Shown here one piece after another: positions 8,790 to 17,013 of a stretch of DNA of 19,378 nucleotides. The DNA lies in IMG/VR virus record IMGVR_UViG_3300029337_000248, positions 1-19,378 of that record. One strand, given 5' to 3'. Each line of letters opens with the position of its first letter. Within the stretch, counting starts at the first letter, position 1. Origin of the DNA: a virus (lineage: Duplodnaviria > Heunggongvirae > Uroviricota > Caudoviricetes). The notes beneath the pieces are model-generated. The model worked only from the letters and a program-made list of their open reading frames with translations, searched no databases and had not been told where the DNA came from. The position numbers were made by a program, and so were the translations under genes.

Positions 8790-9853
8790 TCAGCACCTCT
8801 CAAACTTACATTCCATTGAATAAGGGTTCCACCTATGGAGTATGGCAGATCAAATTTATCTTCAACATTATTTTCAGCATCATAAGAATATCGTCCCATT
8901 CCACTAAAAATATGTAACTGCCCCTCAGGGTTATCTACAACATACCTTTTCATATCAGGTAATCCTTTACCATGCTTCTGACTATTCATTCTTGTCTCAC
9001 CATACTGTACAGCCGCGAATATTTTATCAGAATCCGTCTTAGGATTAAATATCTGAGCGATAAATGTGAAAAAGTCTTTTTTAACCAATGTAACTGGGAT
9101 ACCTTCTCCCATATCATACACCATCAAAAATAGTTGTTCTTCGACTTTGTGTGCCAATATCCACCATCTTTTACCAATGTCCTCAATAAATTCAGAGAAC
9201 TGTTCTTCATTTGAATACGCATGTAGACCAACATTGCTAATAGATTCAGTTAAGGCTGCATATAATTTCACACCATCCGAAGCGGAAATCTTACCTTCAT
9301 AAATGGTATCTTTTATATAACGTAGAATATTTTTAATTTTTTGTCTTGCTTCGGCACTTTCATGATCATCTCTAGTTTTGCCTGCAACAGCGGAAACAAT
9401 TTCCATTGAATTAAGCTTATCTGCAGCTATACGCTGAAACCCTGTAATCCCCCAAATACCACATATTTTAAACCAGTTATTTGCCCTGGATGAACCGCAC
9501 GTAGTAATAGAAATTATATTTTTATCTTTTGTTTGCCTTTGTAAAAAGTCAATATGTGCATACAATACGATTACTGCACATGCTTTCAGAGATTTTGTAT
9601 TTCTGAAATCTATTAAAATTTTCTCACCATCATTGATGTAATCTCTGATTAAAGTGATAAACTCTATAAATAGTTTGTAATTTTTAGTATTAAATAAGTC
9701 CAATGACGCAGGCGCGGGTATTCTCACACGAGAGAATACCCGCATGGGCTGTAGCATCCGTCTTCCACCAGAAAGCTTTCTTGACTCCCGCTTCGCAATC
9801 TTCCTTGCTCTGATCAAAGAATGTTCAATTTGTTCTTCAGTTAGCCGCTTCAT
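8786..9853 (-). CDS. GHKL-type (histidine-kinase-like / anti-sigma-kinase-like) ATPase with an unassigned ~190 aa N-terminal domain, first gene of the cargo operon
   Basis: C-terminal half carries Bergerat-fold motifs in order: N-box TESISNVGLHAY (E-x3-N-x3-H-[GA]-Y as in SpoIIAB/RsbW), G1 box YDMGEGIP (DxGxG), G2 box HGKGLPD, G3 GGTLIQW. Start placed at the internal Met (MKRLTEEQ...) because GAGGAAAGG precedes it; the longer ORF reaches 9898. Confidence 0.75.
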   Translation of the reverse strand: MKRLTEEQIEHSLIRARKIAKRESRKLSGGRRMLQPMRVFSRVRIPAPASLDLFNTKNYKLFIEFITLIRDYINDGEKILIDFRNTKSLKACAVIVLYAHIDFLQRQTKDKNIISITTCGSSRANNWFKICGIWGITGFQRIAADKLNSMEIVSAVAGKTRDDHESAEARQKIKNILRYIKDTIYEGKISASDGVKLYAALTESISNVGLHAYSNEEQFSEFIEDIGKRWWILAHKVEEQLFLMVYDMGEGIPVTLVKKDFFTFIAQIFNPKTDSDKIFAAVQYGETRMNSQKHGKGLPDMKRYVVDNPEGQLHIFSGMGRYSYDAENNVEDKFDLPYSIGGTLIQWNVSLRGAE

Positions 9854-10000
9854 ATCCTTTCCTCGATAGTTGTTGAAGCTTATCAGTTCACGCAACAACT
9901 ACAAACATCTACCTGCTATCTTAAAGCAACAATTTGAAAGAACATTGAAAATCATAGTATCTGTTTGTAAACAAACGACTGTTTCTATACCTTGCGCGCG

Positions 10001-10019
10001 CTCGTATCCCCGCCACGCC
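10001..10019 (-). other. cos-like cohesive-end site
   Basis: Minus-strand reading GGCGTGGCGGGGATACGAG; the first 12 nt match the cohesive-end sequence I recall for 186 (GGCGTGGCGGGGAAAGCAT) and P2 (GGCGAGGCGGGGAAAGCAC). Located in the A-to-Q interval where cos is expected. Confidence 0.6.
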
Positions 10020-10050
10020 TGCCCGCTTTATGTAGTAGTTTTCATGCACC

Positions 10051-10151
10051 TGCATGACATGAGCAAAAGCCCGCCAGTTCTGGCATGTCTTAGCCAAACC
10101 GATCCTCAAACGATCATGCGAACCCATGCAGCATAGACATGCATGACATGA
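10051..10151. repeat. Direct repeats of TGCATGACATGA (10051-10062 and 10140-10151) flanking cos, within a CATG-rich cluster
   Basis: Two exact 12-bp copies 89 bp apart, read directly from the sequence; TGGCATGTC also occurs twice (10081-10089 and 10252-10260). Confidence 0.7.
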
Positions 10152-10201
10152 AAATCGGTCAAACCTTGAAACCAGTCATAAATATGAGCCAGCTTAATAC
10201 A

Positions 10202-10387
10202 CACTAAATAGCTGCGTCTAATACTGCTACACCTGCCGTTTACTGACATGTGGCATGTCGCGTAAGGACAACATACTGTAGGCCAGATACAGCAGGATCA
10301 GGCGAAGAAAACGGCCCCACGCCTTACCCAGCAAGGGCCAAGGGCTAACCGAAAGTGGAGCATTATTCCGCGCAGTTATTTAGTGTC
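10202..10387. repeat. ~186 bp segment bounded by 16-bp inverted repeats (ACACTAAATAGCTGCG ... CGCAGTTATTTAGTGT, 15/16 match)
   Basis: Inverted repeat read directly from the sequence; the interior is non-coding, relatively GC-rich and holds a small hairpin (GACATG-tgg-CATGTC). Nature unknown: structured RNA or MITE-like relic. Confidence 0.5.
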
Positions 10388-10492
10388 AGCTCTTTTGAGC
10401 TAAAATCAAGTTTCAACATGAGGGTCTGTGCAGGCTTTCTCATCCCGCTAATTTATACAGCACACCTATATGGCTATGAGTTTGTCATGCCC

Positions 10493-10524
10493 GCTAATCC
10501 TGTTAGGATTAGCCTTGTTTTTTT
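10493..10524 (+). terminator. Terminator-like hairpin immediately upstream of the lipoprotein gene
   Basis: Perfect 9-bp stem GCTAATCCT / AGGATTAGC with loop GTT, followed by CTTGTTTTTTT; ends 17 nt before the ATG at 10542. Confidence 0.5.
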
Positions 10525-10541
10525 ACGATTGGGATAGGGAT

Positions 10542-11348
10542 ATGAAGAAATTAACTGGCGTAATTGCTTTTGCTCTGCTGCTTACTGCTTGTGACAAACC
10601 GAAGATCGATGCATCAAGCGATCAGTCGATGAAAGAGTCCATTCAAAAAGTAAGAGAGTCCTTACCTGCAGATAAAAAAGCTCAGTTTGATGATGCAGTT
10701 AAAGTCGTTGCCTTTAGCCAAATCAACATGAGAGAGCTAATGCAGGCTGGAACGTCTTCTGGGGACGTCTACGAAACAAAAATTAAGTCAGCGTTGGAAG
10801 GTAAAACTGGTGATGAGGTTATAAATTACGCACAAACTATTCGCCTTGAGCGTGAGAAGAGAGAGAAAGAACAGGCTCTGCAAGAAATAAAAGAACTGGA
10901 AGCCAAACAAACCTCTGCAACACAGGCTGCGGAAAAAATGAAAGCCTTCAAGGTCGAACGTTCCCGTTTTTATTTCCAGAAAGAGGATTACGGCAATGAT
11001 CAGCCAATTCTGGATATTAGCGTTGAAAACGGAACAGACAAAGCGGTTGCCAGAGTATTCTTCAAAGGAGTTATTGCCAGCCCAGGAAGAAGCGTCCCTT
11101 GGTTCTCTGACGTCTTCAACTATAAAATTTCTGGAGGTCTGGAACCAGGTGAGAAAGCCAACTGGAAATTAGCCCCTAATAGATACTCTGATTGGGGAAA
11201 ACTTAAAGTTCCGGCTGATGCTATATTTACCGTCACAGTCATTGGCCTTGAAGACGCAGATGGGAAATCGATCTATGGTGACGCCGAGTTTTCAGAACGC
11301 GATGCTGACAGACTGAATCAACTTAGAGATAAGTACCTTTCTAAATAA
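10542..11348 (+). CDS. Lipoprotein of unknown function (~268 aa), candidate superinfection-exclusion or lysogenic-conversion protein
   Basis: Start chosen at MKKLTGVIAFALLLTAC with a lipobox (LLTAC); the track ORF starts upstream at 10470 but that part covers the terminator hairpin. Central lysine/glutamate-rich predicted coiled coil, then a C-terminal globular region. Confidence 0.75.
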   Translation: MKKLTGVIAFALLLTACDKPKIDASSDQSMKESIQKVRESLPADKKAQFDDAVKVVAFSQINMRELMQAGTSSGDVYETKIKSALEGKTGDEVINYAQTIRLEREKREKEQALQEIKELEAKQTSATQAAEKMKAFKVERSRFYFQKEDYGNDQPILDISVENGTDKAVARVFFKGVIASPGRSVPWFSDVFNYKISGGLEPGEKANWKLAPNRYSDWGKLKVPADAIFTVTVIGLEDADGKSIYGDAEFSERDADRLNQLRDKYLSK

Positions 11349-11456
11349 TCAAAATTAAAGCTACTTCAGCATAGTCCCTGAGAATATATATCAGGGACTA
11401 CCAAATCACGGCAGATACCCCTTAGTTAAATAATGCTAAACGCTTAGAAAGAGACC

Positions 11457-11756
11457 ATGAAACGTATAACTTTCTCCTTTACGTTAGTAGCAATCATCAT
11501 AGCCTTAGCTGGATGTGCTTTGCCAGATAAAGACGGCGACTTCGGAGCTTATGTTCATGCCTGTCAGCAATATGCATACGGAAAATCCTATGCCTTTGAG
11601 AATAGAGACTTCGCGTATAAGGTCTGTAAGGACGCGGCGAAACTGTGGAGTGAAGAAGTTCCTGGCTATATCATCAGGCAAATTCAACTACATCCTGAAA
11701 TACCCAGCGAAGAAATTAAATATGCAGCCATGGCCGGCTCTTTGGGTAACAACTAA
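11457..11756 (+). CDS. Small lipoprotein of unknown function (99 aa)
   Basis: Signal peptide with lipobox (IALAGC), mature ~80 aa with 4 Cys; co-directional with the upstream lipoprotein gene. Confidence 0.7.
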   Translation: MKRITFSFTLVAIIIALAGCALPDKDGDFGAYVHACQQYAYGKSYAFENRDFAYKVCKDAAKLWSEEVPGYIIRQIQLHPEIPSEEIKYAAMAGSLGNN

Positions 11757-11770
11757 ATCAACTTATGAGA

Positions 11771-11793
11771 AAGGGGCTTAATGCCCCTTTTCG
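11771..11793. terminator. Bidirectional intrinsic terminator between convergent genes
   Basis: Stem GGGGC / GCCCC with loop TTAAT; flanked by T-rich sequence on the + strand (TTTTCGG) and, more weakly, on the minus strand (TTTCTCAT). Confidence 0.6.
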
Positions 11794-11823
11794 GTTCCCT
11801 TATCAAGTCCTAACGAAACAAGC

Positions 11824-12010
11824 TCAACTGATTACATCCATCGACCTACTGTATTCATGGCTTCGAATTTTCGCCATCAACTCATCAGTCAATTCAGAAA
11901 CCCACTGCAGAGCTAGCCCCTTCTCTTCATCACTACACTCACTAGCCGCTACAAGCTTAAGAAAAAAATCAATGCGCTGGAGCTTCAAAGACTCCAAAAA
12001 ATAGTCCTGC
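11824..12010 (-). CDS. Small hypothetical protein (62 aa) downstream of replication gene A
   Basis: Strong RBS (AGGAGGAAAG) directly before ATG (MQDYFLESLK...); the track ORF extends to 12114 but lacks an RBS at its first Met. Sits where P2 carries orf91/tin/old. Confidence 0.6.
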
Positions 12011-12165
12011 ATCTTTCCTCCTATAACACCATACGCAATACTGTACATATAACCACTGTTTATATTTACAGTATATAATAATCTTACTGATGTAAAACGT
12101 TTTTTTACGTTCATCAGCCTGATATGCCTGGTATTATTAAGAGCACGAATTGTTAACCCGCGTGA

Positions 12166-14580
12166 TTAATACAGGTTCCGCCACTTATCATCTTCCTGCA
12201 AACGCTGGTTCCGATAGAAGATACGCAGGCCTGCTCCTGACGGAATACTGCCACCGCAAAGGAGCAAATCGACCTCTTTCTCGCTGCCATCAAATCCTCT
12301 GGACTTCAGTTCATAGACGAGCTGCTGACGCTGATACTCTGTAATTCGCTGTTTGTAGTCTTTACGCCGTTTCGGTTTAACCAGGCGCAATCTTGCTGCC
12401 AGTTCCCGGCGCTCTTTTTTGCTCATACTGTGCAGGTAATCGTGCAATTCCTTGTCATCCATGCAGGTAATGTCCGTTCTGGTATCCCCATCTGCTGATT
12501 CATCTTTCTCATGTTGGTTCAAATTTTCAGCAAGGGGACAGTTATTGCCACGAGTCCAAGGGGCGCAAGCGCCCTGGTCGGCTGCCGCCTCCTGAACGTC
12601 AACGGCTTTACGAACCATTTTCCACTTCACTGCATGAGTGCAGATCTTGCCCTCTGCAATGGGTGACCAGATGCCATAAATACGAATGCCGTGATCGCCA
12701 TAGGCGGTCGGCTCTTCGTTGATTTCATAAGCGGTTCTGATGAGGTGATATTTACGGGGAACCAGTACGCCGCCCTGTTTCATGATGTAGGTGGCAAAAC
12801 AACCAGCATCAGCAGCAGCCAGAATGGCATCAAGACGCGGGTTATCCAGTACCGGCGCACCTGCTTTTTTGTCACCCTGTTGCCTTGCCGCCTGACCAGC
12901 CAGCAAGCGAAGTTCACGGTAAGCCTGACGCCCCGGAATACCAAAGAAGCGGAATTGCTGAACACGATGCAGAGACGCCCAGGCATTCACGTATTCAGCG
13001 TTATCACGCAGAGATTTACCCGTTTCCTTGCTGATCTCGCCAACCAGACCACGACCGTCAATGTTCTTACTGATATATTTCGCGATGTAGCTTGTCGGCG
13101 TTCCTTTGCGCGGGTTAATCAACTCAGACTTAAAGCGCGGCCCAGTGTTATTGCCCAGCTCCTCGCGGTCTTCACGGATGGCAAACTTACGCAGTAATGC
13201 AGTGATGGCACGGCGGTCTTTTTTGCGCATGAAACACAACAGGTGCCAGTGAACTGTGCCATCATGATGCGGCTCAGCCACCCGCACGCCATACCAGCGC
13301 AACCCGGCTTTGTGCATCGCCTTACGAAATGCAGCAAACATGCCGACCAGATAATCGCTGCTTTGTCTTACCGTCGCGTTTGTCCAGGTCGGGTTTGGTC
13401 TGCCGTTATTTAGCGTGGAATGGAAACGCGACGGACAGGTGATAGTGTAGAAAACGGCGCAGTCACCGCGCATTTCCGCGATAAGCTCCAGACCTTTAAC
13501 ACAGGCCATCATCTCATTGCGGCGATGCGCAGGGTTGCTGCTGCTGGCGTTTACCACATCCTCCATGTCCAGCGTGTCGCCGTCTTCGTTCACCAGTTCA
13601 TGAGAACGGAAAAACTCCAGCGACTTACGGCGCTGCTCACGTTTATGCATCACGGCTTCATAGCTGACATAAGGAGATGCTTTTTTGCTGACCAGGCAAA
13701 CAGCGCGCAACTGCTCTTCCCGCCATTCGCAACGCATCTTCCATAATTTCCGATACCACCAGTCGGCGCACAACATACGCGCCAGCGAACCCGGAATGAG
13801 TTCATAGGGCACGGGTTTGCGGCGGTTTCTTTTCCGACGGAGTTGCTCAAACGCAGGTGGGATGACATCCAGACGCAGGGTTTCCGCTGCCACCTTTTCC
13901 CATGTCTTGCGGATTTCTTCTGGCTTAACGTCATCGGTGGCATACAAATCACCACAAGCTGCATCAAGGCACATACTCATATGCGCAGCTACCAGGGTGG
14001 ACAGGCGTTTCACCTGATCCTGACTCATTTCAGGCAGGATCAGCAGGCCGTCCAGCCCTTCATGGCTTGCCATAAAGCGAAAAGATGCAGATAGCTGACT
14101 GTCGCGTACATGCTCCAGTCGTTCCAGACATGGCTTAATCGTCTCACGTAAATAGCGGGAATAAGCCTTTGGCCTGCCCAGGCTGCTGAAGTATTCAATA
14201 CGTTGCATCAGCGGCTTGCTGATATGGGAAGGCTGGGCGTTGACGTCCGCCAGAATGACCATGTCTGAATTAAAACGCTGCTGCTCATGCGCCAGCTTTG
14301 CCCGGCTAATGAGCTTATCCTGCTCCATTTCGCGCTGGACAGGATCACGTGATTCATTAAAGAAATAACGCTCCCAGACCTGATCACTCAGTGCCTCGCG
14401 GCGCAACTGTTCCTGCTCGTTATCGGCAGCGTACAGAGTGATCAGGTTTGAAAGCGTAGAAACCGGCGCAACTTCCGCCGGGTCCAGATAAGGGTTAATG
14501 GCCTTTTTCGGGCTGTTCCATGAGAATGCTGCGGCAGCCTCGTTAAAGCCGCAGCAGTTGTTCATATCGGCATGACTCAT
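12166..14580 (-). CDS. A: Replication initiation protein A (rolling-circle replication endonuclease, P2 gpA / 186 A family)
   Basis: 804 aa ORF containing the rolling-circle active-site tyrosine motif ([16 protein letters not shown]); position at the end of the early operon matches P2/186. Confidence 0.9.
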   Translation of the reverse strand: MSHADMNNCCGFNEAAAAFSWNSPKKAINPYLDPAEVAPVSTLSNLITLYAADNEQEQLRREALSDQVWERYFFNESRDPVQREMEQDKLISRAKLAHEQQRFNSDMVILADVNAQPSHISKPLMQRIEYFSSLGRPKAYSRYLRETIKPCLERLEHVRDSQLSASFRFMASHEGLDGLLILPEMSQDQVKRLSTLVAAHMSMCLDAACGDLYATDDVKPEEIRKTWEKVAAETLRLDVIPPAFEQLRRKRNRRKPVPYELIPGSLARMLCADWWYRKLWKMRCEWREEQLRAVCLVSKKASPYVSYEAVMHKREQRRKSLEFFRSHELVNEDGDTLDMEDVVNASSSNPAHRRNEMMACVKGLELIAEMRGDCAVFYTITCPSRFHSTLNNGRPNPTWTNATVRQSSDYLVGMFAAFRKAMHKAGLRWYGVRVAEPHHDGTVHWHLLCFMRKKDRRAITALLRKFAIREDREELGNNTGPRFKSELINPRKGTPTSYIAKYISKNIDGRGLVGEISKETGKSLRDNAEYVNAWASLHRVQQFRFFGIPGRQAYRELRLLAGQAARQQGDKKAGAPVLDNPRLDAILAAADAGCFATYIMKQGGVLVPRKYHLIRTAYEINEEPTAYGDHGIRIYGIWSPIAEGKICTHAVKWKMVRKAVDVQEAAADQGACAPWTRGNNCPLAENLNQHEKDESADGDTRTDITCMDDKELHDYLHSMSKKERRELAARLRLVKPKRRKDYKQRITEYQRQQLVYELKSRGFDGSEKEVDLLLCGGSIPSGAGLRIFYRNQRLQEDDKWRNLY

Positions 14581-15434
14581 GCACGTACTCCGTACACGGC
14601 AGAACTATCCACGCCACGCGAATAATCAAATCCCATCCAGCAGCGCGGCCCGGAAACAGCAATGATTTCTGTTGCTGATTTACCCTCGCCAGCTGCCACA
14701 CCGATGCTGCGTTTTACCTTGATATAGTGGTGAGTAAAATTGCGATACAGCGAACGGATCAGGGATGTGTCACTGTTAGAAACAATGACCGGATGTCCTT
14801 CTGATGACCGATGTTCAAGAACGGATGCCAGGTGATACTGGTCATCTTCAGTGAAACCATCAGTGTGATAACCGGAAAACGTACCGTCATATGGCGGATC
14901 GCAATACACCACATCTCCCGCCTTCAACATCGTCAGCGTTTCATCAAAGCTGGCGCAGATAAACGTTGCTCGCTGGGCTTTTTCTGCAAATGTGCGAAGT
15001 TCTTTTTCAGGGAAATACGGATTTTTATAATTACCGTAGGGAATGTTGAAATGCCCGCTCTTGTTATAGCGACATAAACCACGGTAACCGTGACGATTGA
15101 GATACAGGAAATATACCGCTTTCATGAAATCAGTAATTTCAGTTGAGCAGTTAAACTCCTGCCTTATGTTGTAATAAGCCACCTCCCTGTTTGCGATCTC
15201 AAATAAAACTCTGGCGCGAGATATAAACGATTCACAATCAGCGGCAACCTTTTTATAGAGGTTGATTAAATCAGGATTAATATCCGCAACCAGATAGCTG
15301 GGATAATCCGTTTCCATCATCACAGCACAGGAACCCGCGAAAGGTTCAACCAGTCGCGGGCCAGCAGGAAGGTATTTTTTCAGTTCTGGCATAATGGCGG
15401 TTTTATTTCCCGCCCATTTCAGGATGGTGCTCAT
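14577..15434 (-). CDS. DNA adenine methyltransferase (Dam-like, N6-adenine class)
   Basis: Motif I region ILKWAGNK...FAGSCAV and catalytic DPPY ([10 protein letters not shown]). Start set at the internal Met (MSTILKW...) preceded by GGAGGTG; stop overlaps the A start (ATGA). Confidence 0.85.
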   Translation of the reverse strand: MSTILKWAGNKTAIMPELKKYLPAGPRLVEPFAGSCAVMMETDYPSYLVADINPDLINLYKKVAADCESFISRARVLFEIANREVAYYNIRQEFNCSTEITDFMKAVYFLYLNRHGYRGLCRYNKSGHFNIPYGNYKNPYFPEKELRTFAEKAQRATFICASFDETLTMLKAGDVVYCDPPYDGTFSGYHTDGFTEDDQYHLASVLEHRSSEGHPVIVSNSDTSLIRSLYRNFTHHYIKVKRSIGVAAGEGKSATEIIAVSGPRCWMGFDYSRGVDSSAVYGVRA

Positions 15435-15658
15435 ACAGCACCTCCGTTGTAATGTTTGCCTTTCAGTTCTGCGATTTCCTGACAGGTAATGCAAAGCTGC
15501 ACTCCCGGAATGGCGCGGCGTCGTGCTGGCGGAATTGGCGCTTCACATTCAATGCAAAGTACGCGTGACACGCCCGGTGATTTGGCACGGGCTGCACGGA
15601 TATGGCGCTGGCGTTCTTCTTCAACGCGCTGCTGTACGAGATCCATTGCATCAGCCAT
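15431..15658 (-). CDS. TraR/DksA-family C4 zinc-finger protein
   Basis: 75 aa with CxxC...CxxC (CIECEAPI...CITCQE); a small protein of this type is typical of the P2/186 early region; stop overlaps the Dam start. Confidence 0.75.
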   Translation of the reverse strand: MADAMDLVQQRVEEERQRHIRAARAKSPGVSRVLCIECEAPIPPARRRAIPGVQLCITCQEIAELKGKHYNGGAV

Positions 15659-15897
15659 TAGTGGATCTCCTGCGCTTCGTTCTGGATTGCTTCAGCAGTC
15701 ACGCGCAGCAGTTCTGCCGCTTCCACGTGGTTTAGCTGGCGGGATGAGATATAACACGCCAGGCTATCAAGGCGAGCAGCCATTGCTTCAGCCCTTGCCC
15801 GGCGTTCTTCCAGACGAGCCTCTGTCAGTAAAATATTAAGCCCTGCGTCATCCGGTCCGGTTTTAGTCATGAGGGTTTCAATATTACGCATAATCAA
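15658..15897 (-). CDS. Hypothetical phage early protein (79 aa)
   Basis: ORF in operon register with its neighbours in the early (minus-strand) operon; no recognisable motif. Confidence 0.55.
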   Translation of the reverse strand: MIMRNIETLMTKTGPDDAGLNILLTEARLEERRARAEAMAARLDSLACYISSRQLNHVEAAELLRVTAEAIQNEAQEIH

Positions 15898-15958
15898 TTC
15901 TCCTGAATTTAGATAAAGGGATGCCCGGCGGGTTTACGCCATTAATTTCATTAGTTGG

Positions 15959-16300
15959 TTAATTCGGCATGGTTAGCCGTCTGGGAAATAAGCTCACCAC
16001 TGCACGAAAATGATTCATTGCTTTAATCAACTCCCGCTTTTCGTCAGTGGTCAGCTCATTAATGCTGATGCTATGACGTTCAGCTGGAATTTTTGCCATA
16101 AAGAATATGGCAGCCAGTGCCCTTTTATTTTGTTCATTATTGATATCCCATGGATCACGCATATCTTTAATAAACCGCTCAAGCTCTGACTCAATATTCA
16201 GGCCAAAAACTTTCGCCCTTAACTCCGCAATGTGATTAAGTCCATTCAGGCGTTCACCGGGGCTTAATGGAACAGTTGCTGCAGTGCCTTCAATAGCCAT
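15959..16300 (-). CDS. Hypothetical phage early protein (113 aa)
   Basis: ORF with GGGGGA RBS ~6 nt upstream of ATG; lies where 186 carries early genes such as fil/dhr, but no specific assignment is possible by eye. Confidence 0.6.
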   Translation of the reverse strand: MAIEGTAATVPLSPGERLNGLNHIAELRAKVFGLNIESELERFIKDMRDPWDINNEQNKRALAAIFFMAKIPAERHSISINELTTDEKRELIKAMNHFRAVVSLFPRRLTMPN

Positions 16301-16464
16301 TTGTTCCCCCGTTTTTTCGTAGATAGTTCTGCCAGCAATTCATCTTGTGAACGGCACGGATGCCAGCGTTTACCATCCTCCCCCATGATCCAGCCGTGAC
16401 CGTAATGCATTGCCGGGCTTTGTTTAACCAGCAGCGATGCAAATGATGGTTCTTTCGTCAGCAT
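16264..16464 (-). CDS. Hypothetical phage early protein (~66 aa)
   Basis: Start placed at the internal Met (MLTKEPSF...) preceded by GAGGTG, which avoids overlap with the cII stop; the track ORF extends to 16494. Confidence 0.5.
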   Translation of the reverse strand: MLTKEPSFASLLVKQSPAMHYGHGWIMGEDGKRWHPCRSQDELLAELSTKKRGNKWLLKALQQLFH

Positions 16465-16471
16465 AAGCACC

Positions 16472-16981
16472 TCACAGCAAACCAAATGAAGCACCGAGGC
16501 CAGTCACGGTATCAACTGCACTCGCCATCGCAGGATTAGCCTGTAAACGGGCCTGCAATGAAACAGCCGCCAGCGCCATCAGTCGTGTTACAGAGTTAAT
16601 GCTGCTGATAGCATCACGACGACCGGCACAGGTTTTTACATCGCCAGACACCGCACCTGCAGCAACACGCCCGATCTCTGCGGTTGCACTCATGACGTAA
16701 TGTGGCAGTTTCTCTTTTGCCACCTCATTAATCGGTACACATGGCAGACAATGAATCTGTGCCAGAAAACCATCTACCAGCGTTGAATCTTCAGTCAGAT
16801 CGGTAAGCAGCCAGATTTCTGGTGCGGTTAATAAATGAGGCTGAGCTGGGTTCAGCTTGTTCCGCAGAATCTGCACATTCATGCCTGCACGTTCTGCCAG
16901 TTGCACCAGATTGTGGCGCAGTGCAAATGCACGACAGGCTTCATCAAAATGTGGATGTTTGGAAACTTGGTAATCAAACAT
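16472..16981 (-). CDS. cII: CII-like lysogeny establishment activator (186 CII family)
   Basis: 169 aa from the Met at 16981 ([19 protein letters not shown]...); length and sequence closely match 186 CII as I recall it; AGAGG RBS 7 nt upstream. Confidence 0.85.
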   Translation of the reverse strand: MFDYQVSKHPHFDEACRAFALRHNLVQLAERAGMNVQILRNKLNPAQPHLLTAPEIWLLTDLTEDSTLVDGFLAQIHCLPCVPINEVAKEKLPHYVMSATAEIGRVAAGAVSGDVKTCAGRRDAISSINSVTRLMALAAVSLQARLQANPAMASAVDTVTGLGASFGLL

Positions 16982-17013
16982 GGTCAATGCCTCTGATGTA
17001 TTTCAGAATCGAA

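Noticed and set aside
8205-9302. Plus-strand ORFs 8205-8420 and 9066-9302
   Set aside because: Antisense to the coupled three-gene operon; AT-rich sequence produces chance ORFs.
9854-9990. Promoter for the three-gene cargo operon
   Set aside because: A TATGAT -10-like hexamer is present on the minus strand, but no acceptable -35 lies at 16-18 bp spacing, so I do not annotate a promoter; transcription start needs experimental mapping.
9870-10136. ORFs 9870-10136 (+) and 9921-10127 (-) across the cos region
   Set aside because: No convincing RBS; they span the cos-like site and the CATG repeats, which are better explained as non-coding packaging or regulatory DNA.
10355-10541. 60 aa ORF 10355-10537 and the 5' extension of the lipoprotein ORF (10470-10541)
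   Set aside because: They cover the terminator-like hairpin; a start at 10542 gives a canonical signal peptide and lipobox.
11505-12004. ORFs 11505-11687 (-), 11515-11781 (+) and 11765-12004 (+)
   Set aside because: They overlap the small lipoprotein gene or lie antisense to the RBS-supported small ORF, and they span the bidirectional terminator.
12011-12165. AT-rich palindromic region (CTGATG...AAAACGTTTT...CATCAG) between A and the small ORF
   Set aside because: Contains a self-complementary core but no clear U-run in either orientation; cannot be assigned as terminator or operator from sequence alone.
12150-15077. ORFs 12150-12344, 12691-13197, 12780-12986, 13119-13337, 13420-13746, 13650-13967, 13817-14017, 13843-14094 and 14811-15077
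   Set aside because: All are embedded in or antisense to the replication gene A or the Dam-like gene, both supported by catalytic motifs.
15463-15839. ORFs 15463-15651 (-), 15489-15839 (+) and 15523-15735 (+)
   Set aside because: Alternative-frame or antisense ORFs over the TraR-like gene and the adjacent early gene.
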